Source: Chiloscyllium plagiosum (lineage: Eukaryota). Taken from it: a stretch of 64,000 nucleotides of DNA. Every line of letters starts with the position of its first letter. Positions within the stretch are counted from its first letter, which is position 1. Below, in pieces: positions 24,671 through 37,700 of the stretch. The position numbers and the translations under genes are program-made. The stretch spans positions 1-64,000 of the forward strand of contig NC_057755.1 in NCBI RefSeq assembly GCF_004010195.1. Reading direction: 5' to 3'. The notes under the pieces were generated by a model that had not been told where the DNA came from, searched no databases, and saw nothing but the letters and a program-made list of their open reading frames with translations.

Positions 24671-27639
24671 GAAAGTGAAGCACAGAGTAATCTGGAGAGA
24701 ATTAAACATTGGGGAAAGCATCAAGGATATTAGAGAAAGGATGAAATGCACAATAATAGAAATGATTTCCAACATTTGTCAGTTTTGGCGGGAGCGGCAT
24801 TTCCTTCTGATGAGCTACTAACAAGTGTTCTCATCCCTTCAAATGCTCAACAGTCAACATTGAGCCTTGCTCTCACTCTGCCCATTGATACAATTACTTG
24901 CCTCCCTGTTGTAATGCCTCCCAGGATCACTTCTCTCCACCTCACCGACTATTCCTCATTTCCAATCCAATTATCATTGAATCTCACACAAATTCCTCAC
25001 GCCTTCCCTTTCACGTGTTCCTTGGCTTTTTCAAGTAGAACAGTGTGGACTGACATAATGCCCCTCTGTTGTTCTTGTCCTCTCATGAGAGGGGATGAAT
25101 GGTATTTTGCTGTTCCCCTTTACCATCTCAAAATGAGTTAAATTGTTTCCTCCAATTCCTCTGTTAACGTTTCAAGAAGGGGTTTCGCTACAACAATAGC
25201 ATGTCTCCCCAGCTGGGTGGCAATCCTCATACAATTCAAACAAAACGAACACAATATATTCAGATCACCATAGCCTCAGAAACATTTCCAATAATTTAAA
25301 TGTCCAATGTCCTTCCCTTGTAACCAATGTTTCCCAGCCACACAATCTTCTGACCAATGATCACTCAGAGTCACCCATGGATCAGCTGTTCAATTTCGTG
25401 CACGATTTGCTGATTTCTACCTTGAGAAACTCATTGCTTTTCTACTGGTAATGATTGTCATGAGGTTCGCCAGATTGACCTTTTTGATACGAAATCCCTG
25501 ATTTGGGCTGTTAATCTTTGCCAATCAGGGAGACATAGCTGATTGTAAATGGTGAATGTCAGCGATACTGAGATGCTGAATACCTGACTCAGTGAGAGGC
25601 CACTGCTAAAGACTATGCATTTGTAAATAAATGGTGATTAATACACGATGCAACACATTGAAGGGTTATTTCACCACCAAATATTGTTTGTACCAATGTG
25701 GACCAGGACCTCGATCTTTTTTTCTCTTTACACATTTCCTCGTTACCACCCCTGTCCCACACACAGTCCACCCCTTCTCTGAAATGTGTTCAAGTTTTTC
25801 TGAAACATCCTTAAGCCTGGGTACTGTAGAGGCTATTTTTCATTCTGGATTCTGTCATGTCAGGACAGATGCTTCTAAAAGAGTCAATCAGCACTTTTAT
25901 CCTCTGCTGCCACTTGACGTTAACAAAGCACTCGCTTGAATTTGCAGAAAGGAAACAACAACAACAAAGAAGTGGGGACTGGGGAATCTATGTCCATTTG
26001 AGTGCAGCATTGATTGACCAGAACGACAGCTGGCAAGCCAGGATTCATTGATGAGGGACTGAGCTGACACAAATACTGGTTTGTATTCCTTCAATTCAGA
26101 AGGATTTAATGTGAGTAAATGTTTAAAACAAAATTATTGGAAATCGCTGGCACTGAATGAAAAGAAAGACCTCTTGTTGTTTCTTTATTTAACACATGGA
26201 AAAGCATCGAGAAATGTATTGATGCCTGAAATCTTTCCAAGGCTGAAATGAAGGGACAATTCCTCACATTTCTCCACAATATATTGATCAGGCAATGACG
26301 TGCTCACTCACATCGAAACTTCCCTTTCTCTTCTCAGCATTCCTTGTGTTTTACTGATGCAACTAACATTGCGTAATCAGCAAACGTAATACGCGATCTC
26401 ATCACGTCAGTCATTGAGAGAGATTACAAATACTATATGTCAAGCAATGTTCCACAAATACCAGCCTACGAACGTGAAAATGAAAAGTTGTTCCTTTCTC
26501 TTTTTTCTCTCCTTCAGCAGGCCTCACATGAAGAGTCATTTTCCCATCACTACAGGACTTCGGGACAATATTGGCTACCGCTAAAACGTTCCAGGAAGTT
26601 AACAAATCTAAACCGTTATCCCTCCCTGGCCTCATGTTTACATCTCCCTTCAAACTATTCTATCACTGAATTGGTCACCGATCTTAAGTTCCTTCACTGC
26701 ACATGTGCAGGACACTGCAGGGAACAGAGAATGTCTCACCCGTGTCTGCTGCTGTACAGCTCCTGTGTCCCTTGGGGTCAGCTGTGAAATATCTCAAGAA
26801 TCCTCTCATACGGATGTGTATTGATTGGAGCTCATGTAACCGTTGAGGATCAAACTCATTGAAGACGAAAATGAAGCTCCCATGGAAAATAGAATATCTG
26901 TGAGTGAAAGAGAAAAGCAACAAGAAACCATTTCTGTCTGCATCAAGATGTTGTGCTTCAGAATCCTAGTCTTAAGGATCAAGCACTTCCCTTACATGCC
27001 CCACAGATTCAGGGGCAGTGTTCTTTCGCGAACTCTACACTTTGAATTTGAGGAGATAATCAGTAATGGATGCGTTCAGTGACACCGTTACCGTCGAAAG
27101 CTCACCTTCATGATTTATGTTTCGTGATGCTGTGTGAGGTATTTCAATAGAACTACCATATTGAAAGGATTAACTTATTATATCGCACAGCATTGAGTTT
27201 AGACAAGAGCACAGATGTAAACATGCAGCGATTGAATATAACTTCTGCAAAAATACAGTCTCAATGTCATAGCATAATTGCAGCAATTTGCAGAGGATTA
27301 TCCGGTATTAAATTATCCGAATGTTGGATTTCTGTCAAGATCGTAATTTCCTGATGCTTGGCTCAACTGTGTTATTCGGCATTCGACTATCTATCTAACA
27401 ATATATTTGTATTGGGGAAGAGTGATCATAAATTGTTTATCAAGGTGGAGCATGAAGAAAATGTGTCGGTAACTCGGGTCCTGAATCTAAATAATGAATT
27501 GATGTGTAACTGTGCAACGATGGATGAGGGACCTTAGTTAAAGAGGTTCTCAGTGAACAGACAATGGCTAATGAGAATGAACCGTTTGAATGAATTACAA
27601 CAATTATTCAGGTGCCTCCGAGTAAACAATAAAAAAGGA

Positions 27640-28990
27640 AAGGTGAGAGTAGGCAGCCCTGCCTGACTCCTGAATTGATCGGGAAACTTCTGGTTCCCAA
27701 CCTTTGATTGAGGCAGCACTAATGACGTTAGTGTAGAGCAATTGGGTTGGTTCACAAATTCCCTCTCCCAAGCCCATTTCGGAGAGCGCATCACATTTGT
27801 AGATAAGTGATATCCTGTCAACGGCCTCCTCCTGATCCAGGCTGCTGTGGCAGACTTCCATCTCCCCCTGTCATGCACATAGGAAAGCGTATCCCTAAAC
27901 AGTGTGAGGCACTCAGGATCATTCTGACTGATACAGGTAAGGTTATTCAGGATAAATCACTGATTCTAAAGGTGACGTGTTCTGGTTGGCGATGACCTGG
28001 ACAGGATTTTTTAAATACATACTCATCAATAAAATTGGTCAGCAGTCATCGCTCTCCCCTTTCTGATTGTAGAAGGGGGTGGGGCGGATAACAAATTTCT
28101 TATGGAATCACACTATCTACCTGTTCGAAGCAGACTGTACTGCTCCACCAACAGGTCCTGAGCCAGTCAAGGTTTTAGAGGTGAACACAACTCGGCTGGT
28201 AAGGCATCACTTCGGGGAAATGTAGTATTATCTGAAGTCTCGAGGGCTCTGGTCATCTTATTCAGCGATAAAGGCTGGTTCATCGTCTCCCATGTGCAGT
28301 TGCCTTTGACCTCTGTGAGAAAGGACTGGAATGACTGAGGGGCCACACTGTCTGTGAACTTCTTGACGCACAGTGTGGCAAAAAAGGATTTGCTGATCCT
28401 GAGGTTCTCAGACTATGGAGATGTCATTGAGCCATCTTCTTTTTATAGGCTGCTGAGCACATTGCTCTCCCAGCGCACCTCCGAGAAGGAGAAACATGAA
28501 CATGTCTCATCTTTCTCCGCAATGTGGACTCTGGATGGGGAGATTATCTTGGAGGCTTCTGAAGTAAAGAATGAAGCACACTGACATTTCACCTTCTGGA
28601 GATATTCATGACATCAACCCCAACCGTCTGCAACAGTAGTGGGTTCTACACACTTTTCTGGAGTAATCTCCATTTCTCTCACTTCTTTATACAACCTTTG
28701 AGAATAAATATCCTCTTGTTGTTCCCCTTGACAGATTTCCATTAGTCTTTTGGAGACTCGAAGAGGAGCTTCACGTTTCTCCAACTTGTGGAACCCCTTT
28801 GTATCTCCACCATGTTTTCTGGGATCAGCAGTTTCACGTTCAGATTCCACGTTCCCTTGCAGTCCAGCAGGAGGTAGTGGTCAAATAAGAACACTAACAT
28901 GACATCAGTGGATTTTCTGAAACCAAGTCCAACCTCTATAGTGTCAATCCACAGGTGAAACACTCGGGTCCTTGGCAATCTCCCTTTCCT
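27640..28990 (-). mobile_element. Degenerate Tx1-like LINE ORF2 fragment (direct paralog of about 47520-48640)
   Basis: Minus strand 'SLDQEEAVDRIS' and 'SIQESGRAA' (remnant of GVRQGCPLS). Shares its flank 27400-27640 with 47260-47520. Confidence 0.75.
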
Positions 28991-29420
28991 CGTCAACGTG
29001 AATTTTCTTTTTCAGCTAGCGCCGGTGGCAGGGTAGACAGTGTTTCGACTCCTGAGTCCGTTCGCTTCTGATCATTAGGACGGTCACAACTTCTTTCTTC
29101 TTTTCTCTCTCGTCTTCAGCTTGGTCTTCTGTTCCTTGTGGCGGTGACGGTGGAGGAAGACGCCATCAGTGGTGTCTATAGCAGCAGCGTTGTGAACCTG
29201 GAACAGGAATCCTGGTGTTGGTAGTGGAGTCGGTGAGGTACACAATCCCATAATCTTGATTGATTACATTGAACCAGTGTTAATAAGACAGTGGTACTGA
29301 GGTATTAAACCAGGAATCTCGCAGCATTCATTGTCAAATTCAATCAAACCAGACTGATATACAAGCCTTCACCTTGATTGGTCATTGAATGGGTTGTTGA
29401 TGAGACATGGTCACAGTATT

Positions 29421-29736
29421 TAGATTAGATTAGATTACTTACAGCGTGGAAACAGGCCATTCGGCCCAACAAGTCCACACCGCCACACCGAAGCGCAACC
29501 CACCCATGCCCCTACATTTATCCCTTACCTAACACTACGGGCAAGTTGGCATGGCCAGTTCACCTGACCTGCACATCTTTGGACTGTGGGAGGAAACAGG
29601 AGCACCCGGAGGAAACCCACGCAGACACGGGGAGAACGTACAAACTCCACACAGTAAGTCGCCTGAGGCGGGAATTGAACGCGGGTCTCTGGCGCTGCGA
29701 GGCAGCAGTGCTAACCACTGTGCCACCGTGCCGCCC
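29421..29736 (-). mobile_element. Full-length young HE1-like V-SINE
   Basis: tRNA-derived head GGGCGGCACGGTGGCACAGTGGTTAGCACTGC, V-domain GTGGAGTTTG..GTTCTCCCCGTGTCTGCGTGGGTTTCCTCCGGGTGCTCC and a (TAATC)n tail. Confidence 0.95.
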
Positions 29737-30479
29737 ACTGATTTTCAGTTGAACTGTTTTTGAGATGGCAATTACAAAGGATAACTTAAAATACCAAAAA
29801 CTGTCTTATGTAACATCCTTCCTGAAATAGAAACTGAATTTAAATTATGCTAATTACGTTGTTATATTCTAATTTTGCGAAGCAAATGCATTTGCAAATG
29901 ACCTGAATAACTAACTCAAAGAAGGTCAGAAATAACACGAAATCATGTGGTTTCACATAAATTGTACAATAACCTGATGTTGTGTGATTTCCGACCTTGT
30001 CCACCCAAGTCCAAACCAGCACCTCCACATCATTGCTAAAAGAAGCCACTCACATCAGAGAGATCCCCCACATACTCCAGAGAATATCTGGACAAAGAAG
30101 GAGGAACCTTGGGAGGAGAAAGAACAGCCCGATCTGCTTTTCGACAAGATGTAATCGAGGATTTTAAACTAGTGTGTTGGCATAGACATTTCAGAACTGG
30201 AACGTTACTCGGGATATTCCAGGGAAAGACTGGTTTTGTAAAGTTGGATGTTTATCTGTCTTGTATTTCAAAGATAATAAACCACTTTTCACTATTAATG
30301 TAAAACGAGGCCCAATAAGTAAACAAGTCGATCAGATCATTCGGAAATGAAGCTTACAAGGGATATTGTCAATGTCTACAGGGAAATGGTCAACACGCTG
30401 ATGAATTATTTTACCTCAGTATTTTCCAGTTGGATAGATCAACAAGTAAATTTTCTCTAATGTCCATTGTGGAAGTAAA

Positions 30480-33400
30480 CTGCCATCCTTACCTGTTCTG
30501 AGCTGTATGTGACTCCAGCAATGTGGTTGACTCTTAACTGCCCTCTGGAATGGGCATGAAATGCTGTTCTGACGGTAAAATTCTCATTCTCTATAAGGCC
30601 ACAGACGTTTTGCTGCAGTTATAAAAAACCTGTTTTAAATCTCACTTGAAATACTGTGAGCGGAAAGAGCCAGGCACTACACCTTCAGAAGGGTATATTG
30701 ACCTTGGAGGGAGTACAGCATAGATTTGTAAGAGTGATATGTGGCCTTAAGGGATTTAGTTATGAAGTGGAACCGTACAAATCAGTCCTTGTTTCTCCAG
30801 AAACTAGGAGACAGAGTAGATAAAGATAAACTATTTCAATTGTTTGGGGTTTCCCAAACAAAGGGACATAGTCTGTGAATTTGAGCCAGTGCGATCAGGA
30901 GCGATGTTGGGAAGCACTCCAAGACTGAAAAGCTGGTGGAGTTTGTAACTCTCTTGCACAAACAGCTTAGACTCTGGATCAGTTGTTAATTTTAAATCTG
31001 ATCTAGTTTTTTTGTGTGAAGCGTAATATTAAGAGTTAAGGCACAAGTACGGGTGTTGATGTTAACTTACAGATCAGCCATTGATTGCCAGAACAGGCAC
31101 GTGGGGCTGAATGGCCTGTTGTTATCTCCGAATGACGATGAATCTCCTGCCAGACCCTTGCCAAGACATTAACATCCTTCCAAAAGTGTGGTGCTCAGAA
31201 GTGGGCAGAGACCAATTTTAACCCATTATAAGCGTTTCTCTTTCTAATAGTTCAAATCAGGTCTCCTTCCCTCAACAGTGGCTGAACAGTGAATTATAAA
31301 GGTTTCACAAAATTTCCCTGACCTTTGTGTTCTAACTGGACTTTGTATGGCTTTTTACACGCCTCCCCAATTTCCCACTTCCCAAAAATAAAAGTACATC
31401 TCTAATTCTTGGCATTAATATATCCTCACCAGAATAGGGCCACTTTATTTGTATTATCACTCCATACCAACCTGATCAAAGCTTTCTCACTTCCGACATG
31501 ATCTGCCGTTTGCTTGTCCCTTTCACTGGTTAACAGTATAACATGCACCCATAAGTATCCCACGAATAGAAATAGCTGCAATATTTCAAAAAAAAATGCA
31601 AGCAATCCTTATTTAAAGTACTGTTCAACAGCGTAACTTAAAATACCAAAAAACAGTAAGTAGCCAGAAACTTGAAAATTTCACTTTAACTCTTGTATTT
31701 AATTCAATGGACAAACCATTGCTTACTTTTCAATGATTGAATGAGTGTACTGTTAGCATAGACAAAAGCAACAGCACTGGAATAGTAGGAGGCCATTCGG
31801 CACATTCTCTGTCCTGTCCCATAGGTACAGGAAGCCATTCAGCTGTGATTTTTCTCCACAGTTGGTACCAGACTTGCTGAGCTTTCCCAGCAATTTTTGG
31901 TTTTGTTTCTGATTTACAACATCTGCAATTCTGCTGGTTTTTATTCTGTCCCTTCTCCAGCCTGTGACACAGAAAGAGGTCATTCAGCAGGGGGAAGCAA
32001 TGGCCGAGTGGAATTATCACTGGACATGTTCATGAAAGCGTACAGGTAATGTTCTGGGGAATTTGAATTCAATACAAGCCTGGAAATAAAGAGTGCAAGG
32101 ATGACGACAAATCCAATGCTGATTGTCAGTTCATTTGCATCCTTTAGAGAGGGCTACTACAATCGTTACCTGGTCATGATGGCATGTGATTGCATACTGG
32201 TAAAAATATGGTTGAATCTGAACTGCCCTCTGGGGTGGGCATTATATGCTGCGCTGACAGTGAAACTCTCATCTCATATAAGGGCACAAACGTCTTGCTG
32301 CAGTTACAGAAAAGCCTTTTTAGGTCTCACTTGAAGTACTGTGAGCAGAGCCAGGCGCCTCACTTCAGGAAGGATATTTTGGCCTTGGAGGGAGTGCCGT
32401 GTAGATTTGCAAAAATGATACGTGGACTTTATGGATTTAGTTATGAGGCGGTACTGTGCAAATTAGGCCCTATTTCTCCAGAGACTAAGAGACAGAGTTG
32501 ACAAAGATCAACTATTTCCACTGTTTGTGGATTCTAAAACTAAGTGGCTGGGTCTGTGAATATGAACCAGTGCGATCAGGAGAGATGTTCAGAAGCACTC
32601 CCACACAGAAAAGTTGATGGAGTTTGTAAATCTCTTGCACAAAAGGCATGGATTCCGGATCAGTTGTTAATTTTAAATCTGATATAGTTTTTTTTTGTTA
32701 AAAGTAGGTAATAAGGGATAAGGCACAAGTACAGGTGTATGAAGTTAGCTTGCAGATCAGACGTTGACTGCAGGAACTGGCTCGTGGGGCTGAATGGCCT
32801 GTTGTTATATTGCGCTGACGATTAATCTCCTGCATGAGCCTTACCAAGGCATCAACATCCTTCCTAAAGTGCAGTGCTCAGAAGTGGGCAGAGCTCAGTT
32901 TTAACCTTTCAAAAGCCATTCGTCTTTCAAGAGTTCAAATCAGGTCTCCATCCCCCAACTGTGGCTGAAACAGTGAATTATAAAGATTTAGCAACATTTC
33001 CCTGACCTTTATATTCTAACTGGAATTTGTATGGTTTTTTACAAGCCTACTCAACTGCCCAAAAATAAAAGTACATCACCAATTCTTGATCTTAATATGT
33101 CCTCTCCAAAATAGGGCCACTTTATTGATATTATCGCTCCTTACCAACCAGATTAAAGCTTTCTCACTTCCTAAATTATCTGCCATTTCCCTGCCCCTTT
33201 TACTGATTAACAGTATAAAATTCACCCATAAATATCCCACTAAATGACAGTGAATAGCTACAATATTTAGAATACTGCAAGCAGCCCATTTCTGAAATAC
33301 TGTTCAACAGGAGATCAGATAGCCAGAGACTTGAACATTTCACTCCAGATTTTCTTTTTAATTCAATTGACAAAGCATTGTTTAATTTTCAATGATTGAA

Positions 33401-33900
33401 CGAGTGTGCTGTCGGCATAGCACAACCAACAACACTGGAATAGGTCGAGGCCATTCAGACCGTTCTTTGCCATTTCCACTGGAACAGGCAGCCATTCCTC
33501 TGCGATTTCGCTACACGGTTGCTGAAGACTTGCTGAGTTTTCCCAGCATTTTCTGTTTTTGTTTCTGATTTACAGCATCAGCTGCTCTTCTGCTTTTCAT
33601 TCAGTCCCTTCTCCAGCGTGTCACACAGGAAGATGGCATGCAACAGGAGGAGGCAATGGCCTTGTGGAATCATCGCTGGACCGTTCATGAAGGCGTCCAG
33701 GTCATGTTCTGGGGAATTTGAATTCAATACAAGTCTGGAAGTAAAGAGTGCAAGGATGACCACAAATCTGCTGAGTATCGGTTCATTTGCGGTCGTAGCC
33801 TTTAGAGAGGGCTACTGTTGACCTTACATTGTCAGGACGACATCTGACTCCATACCGACAACAATGTGGTTGAAACTTAACTGCCCTAAAGGTAATTAGG
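30480..33900. repeat. Old tandem duplication, unit about 1.67 kb (two copies plus the start of a third), made of CR1 and other repeat fragments
   Basis: Paired landmarks: 30590/32275, 'gttcaaatcaggtctcc' 31250/32933, 'gttctgggg' 32051/33706, 'aactgccct' 30536/32221/33879. Confidence 0.85.
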
Positions 33901-34204
33901 GATGGACAATAAATGCTGGCAAAAGGCAGTCACTCCCTCATCCCATCAATGAATAAAAACGCCCCTTTTAACGTTCAAATACAGAGTAAAGAGAGGAGGC
34001 AATTAAGTTTATTGTCCGAAAGTAAAGCGGTGCATCAGAAAGCCATTTGTCCCAGCTCATGTGAGTACAAAACCAGTAGAAGGACATTACATCAGTTCAC
34101 ACTGCTCTACATGAAAAACACGAAGGCAGGAGAGAAAGGGCAAGTGTGAGGAGTGGGGGTTATATTAGATGCAATGGCAATTGGATGGGGAATGAGGGAG
34201 TGAT

Positions 34205-37200
34205 CAGATATCCCAACTGAATCCAGTTCCACCTGCTAGCATCCGGCCCATCTCCTTCCAAACACTACCTATTCATACACCCATCCAGATGCCTTTAAAA
34301 TGTTGCAATTGTATTAGCCTCCACCACTTCCTCTGTCACATCATTCTGTACACATACCACATTCTGAGTGAAAAGGTTGCCCCTTTGGTCTCTTTTATAT
34401 CTTTCCCATCTCACCCTAAACACTTTCCCTCTAGTTTTGGCCTCCCCCAGCCCAGCCCAGGGAAGCGACGTTGTCTTTTTATCCTATCCACGCCCCTCAT
34501 GATTTTGTAAACCTCGATAAGGCTACTCCTTGGACTCCAAGGAAAACAGCCCTAGCCATTCAACATTTCCCTATAGCTCAAATCATCCAGTCCTGACAAT
34601 ATTCTTGTAAATATTTTCTGAACCCTTCCAAGTTTTGCAACATCCTTCTGATGGGAAGGAGACCAGAAATTCATGCAATACTCTAAAAGTGGCCGAAAAA
34701 ATGTCCTTTACGGCCGCAACATGACCTCCCAAATCATGTACTCAATAATGTGACCAATAAAGCATGCATACTAATAGCCTTCTTCATTATCTTTTCCACC
34801 TGTGACTCCACTTTCAAGGAGTTATGAACCTGCACTTCAAGTTCTCTTTGTTCTGCAACACTCCTTAGGACCTTACAATTAATTGCATAAGTCAGCTAAG
34901 ATTTCCCAAAATGCAGCACCTCGTATTTATCTAAATTAAACACCATCCTCCACTTCTCAGCCCATTGGCGAGTCTGATCATGATCCCGTTGTATTCTAAC
35001 GTGACCCTCTTCGCTGTCCACCACATCTCCACTTTTGGTGTCATCTGTAAACTTATTAACGATACCTCTTCTGCCCAAATCAAAATCATTTATATAAATG
35101 ACGAAAAGGAGTTGACCCAACACCAATCCTTGTTGCAGTCCACTGGTCACAGGCCCCTAGTCTGAAAATGAACCCTTCAACATCACCCTCCGTCTTCTAC
35201 CTTTGAGCCAGTTCTTAATCGAAATGGCTATCTTAGCCTGTCTTCCATGAGATCTAACTTATCGAAGCGGTTTCCCATGGGGTACCTTGTCGGATGCCTT
35301 ACTGAAGTCCATATACAACATGTCCAGTATTCTGCCCTCATGAATCCTCCGTTTTACTTCTTCAAAAACACAATCAAGTCGGCGAGGCATGATTTTACAC
35401 ACAAAGACCTGACGACAATTACTAATCAGTCCTTACCTTTCCAAATACATGGATCTAGATTAGTTTGGTGCTGGAAAAGCTCATAAGTTCAGGCGGCATC
35501 CGAGGAGCAGGATAATCGACGTTTCGGGCAATAGAGGCAGGGTGCCTGCAGAGTGGAGAGATAAATGAGAGAGGTGTGGGGATGGGGAAAGTCGCATAGA
35601 GTATAATAGGTGAATGGGGGTGGGGACGGCCGTGATAAGTCAGAGAAGAGGGTAGGGAAGCTAGCAAAGAGTACAATGGGTGGATGTGGGTTGGGATGGA
35701 GATGATAGGTCATAGAGGAGGGTGGAGTGGATAGGTGGAAAAGAAGCTAAGCAGGTAGGACTGTTCATCGGGACAGTGCTGAGCTGGAAGTTTGACATCA
35801 GTTTCTTCATTTCCCCTTCCCCCAGCTCACCCATCTCCAACCTGCCAGCTCAGCACCTTTCCCATGACCTGTCCTACCTGTCTATCTGCCTTTCCACCTA
35901 TCCACTCCCCCTCCTCTCTGGCCTATCACCTCCATCCCTACTTCCATTCACCTATTGTACTCACTACTAAATTCTCCCCACCCCCACCCCCTCTCATTTA
36001 TCTCTTCACACGGCCGGCACTCTGCCTCTATTCCCAATGATGGGTTTTTGCCCGAAACGTCGATTTTCCTGCTCCTCGGATGCTTCCCGACCTACTGTAC
36101 TTTTCCAGCATTACTCTAATCGAGACTCTGGTTTGCAGTTTCTGCAGTCCTTGTTTTTTATCTTTTTCCAAATACATGTACATCCTGTCCCTCAGAATTC
36201 CCTTCAACAATTTGCCAAGCATCGACGTCAGGCTCACTGTTCTATAGTACACTGCCTTGCCCTTACCACTCTTGTGAAACAGTGGCACCACGTCAGCCAA
36301 CTTCCAGTGTTCCAGCACATCGATGACACAGATTTCTCAGCAAGGGGATTAGCAATCACTTCCCCAGCTTTTCACAGAGGTCTAGTGTACACCGTTTCAA
36401 GTCCTAAGGATTTATCCACTTTTATTTATTTCAAGACATCCAGTACTTCCTCCACAAATAATGGCGACATTTTCAAGGTGTCGCCACCTATTTCCCTAGA
36501 TTCGAGATGTTCCATGTCCTTTTTCACAGTGAACACTGTTGCAAAATACTCGTTTAGTTTCTCCCCTATTTCCTGCAGCTCCACACAAAGACTCGTCTTT
36601 GAGGGGCCTTATTCTCTCCCTAGTAATTCTTTTGTCCTTAATGTATTTGTAAAAGACCTTTGGTTTCGCCTTAATTCTATTTGCCAAAGCTATTTCATGT
36701 CCCCTTTTTGCTCTCCTGATTTCCATCTCAAATATACTCCTAATTCCTTTACACTCTTCTAAGGATTCATTCGATCTATCTTGTCTATACATGGCATATG
36801 CTTCCTTCTTCTTCTTAACCAAACCCTCAGTTTCTTTAATCATCCAGCATTCCCGACACCTACCAGCCTTTACTTTCACCCTAACAGGAATATGCTTTCT
36901 CTGAAATCTCGCTATCTCATTTCTGAAGGCTTCCCATTTTCCATGCTTCCCTTCACCGCCAAATATCTACCCCGAAACAGCTTTTTAAAGTTCTTGCCTA
37001 ATAGCAAAAAAATTAGCCTTCATCCAATTTAGAACTACAACTTTTAGAGCGGTCTCAGTACTTAAAATTAATACACTTATCCTCGCTGGCGCCAAAGTGC
37101 TCCTCCTCAGTGACGTGCCCTCCCTTATTTTCCAAAGTAGGTCAAGTTTTGTACTTTCTCTCGTCGGGACATGCACATACTGAATCCGAAAAAATTCTTG

Positions 37201-37235
37201 TACCCACTTAACAAATTCCTCTCCCTCTAAACCTT
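34205..37235 (-). mobile_element. Degenerate CR1-type LINE interrupted by a Penelope-derived insertion
   Basis: 'LLFVIYINDFD...KFTDDTK', 'WKLADVVPLFHK', 'EIRRAKRGHEIALANRIK..PKVFYKYIK'. Confidence 0.9.
35452..36164. mobile_element. Palindromic Penelope terminal-repeat insertion with 14-bp TSD
   Basis: Two Penelope 3' ends in inverted orientation. TTTCCAAATACATG occurs at 35438-35451 and 36165-36178. Confidence 0.88.
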
Positions 37236-37602
37236 ATTACTCTTTATAACCCTTTCATAATTGTTTTTTTCTATTTCCCATTATTTAATTATCTCTAGAA
37301 CCCTGTATGTAATTCACTCGCTTCCCCACTGTTTAATTCTCTCCCGATAACCATGTCTTTCCCTTCTCTCTCTCTGTATTTAAGTCTTTATCTGTGTTCC
37401 ATCCCACTCTTCAGTCCCTTGTAATTACTCCTCTCCCTTTCAGTCTTAATTTAGCCTCCACTATTATTCTTTACTCAACCCAATTGTTATCTGTGTTTGA
37501 TCTTCTCCATTTCCTTGTAGTTAAACGACTCCATTTCTTTGTATTCAACCCTCTCCCTGTTAATGTGTTTTTAATGCTGTTGCGAATTTTATATTCTCAC
37601 AC

Positions 37603-37700
37603 TTAGACAATAGGCAATAGACAATAGGTGCAGGAGTAGGCCATTCAGCCCTTCGAGCCTGCACCGCCATTCAATGTAATCATGGCTGATCATTCCTAAC
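37603..37700 (-). mobile_element. Short CR1-type 3'-end insertion
   Basis: 'tagacaataggcaatagacaataggtgcaggagtaggccattcagccc' is a tandem tail plus 3' stem-loop region. Not seen in the paralog at about 24370. Confidence 0.7.

Noticed and set aside
24780..25300. Possible further retroelement coding fragment
   Set aside because: No motif could be identified with confidence.
36037..36762. 241-aa plus-strand ORF
   Set aside because: Antisense to CR1 ORF2 and starts inside a Penelope end.
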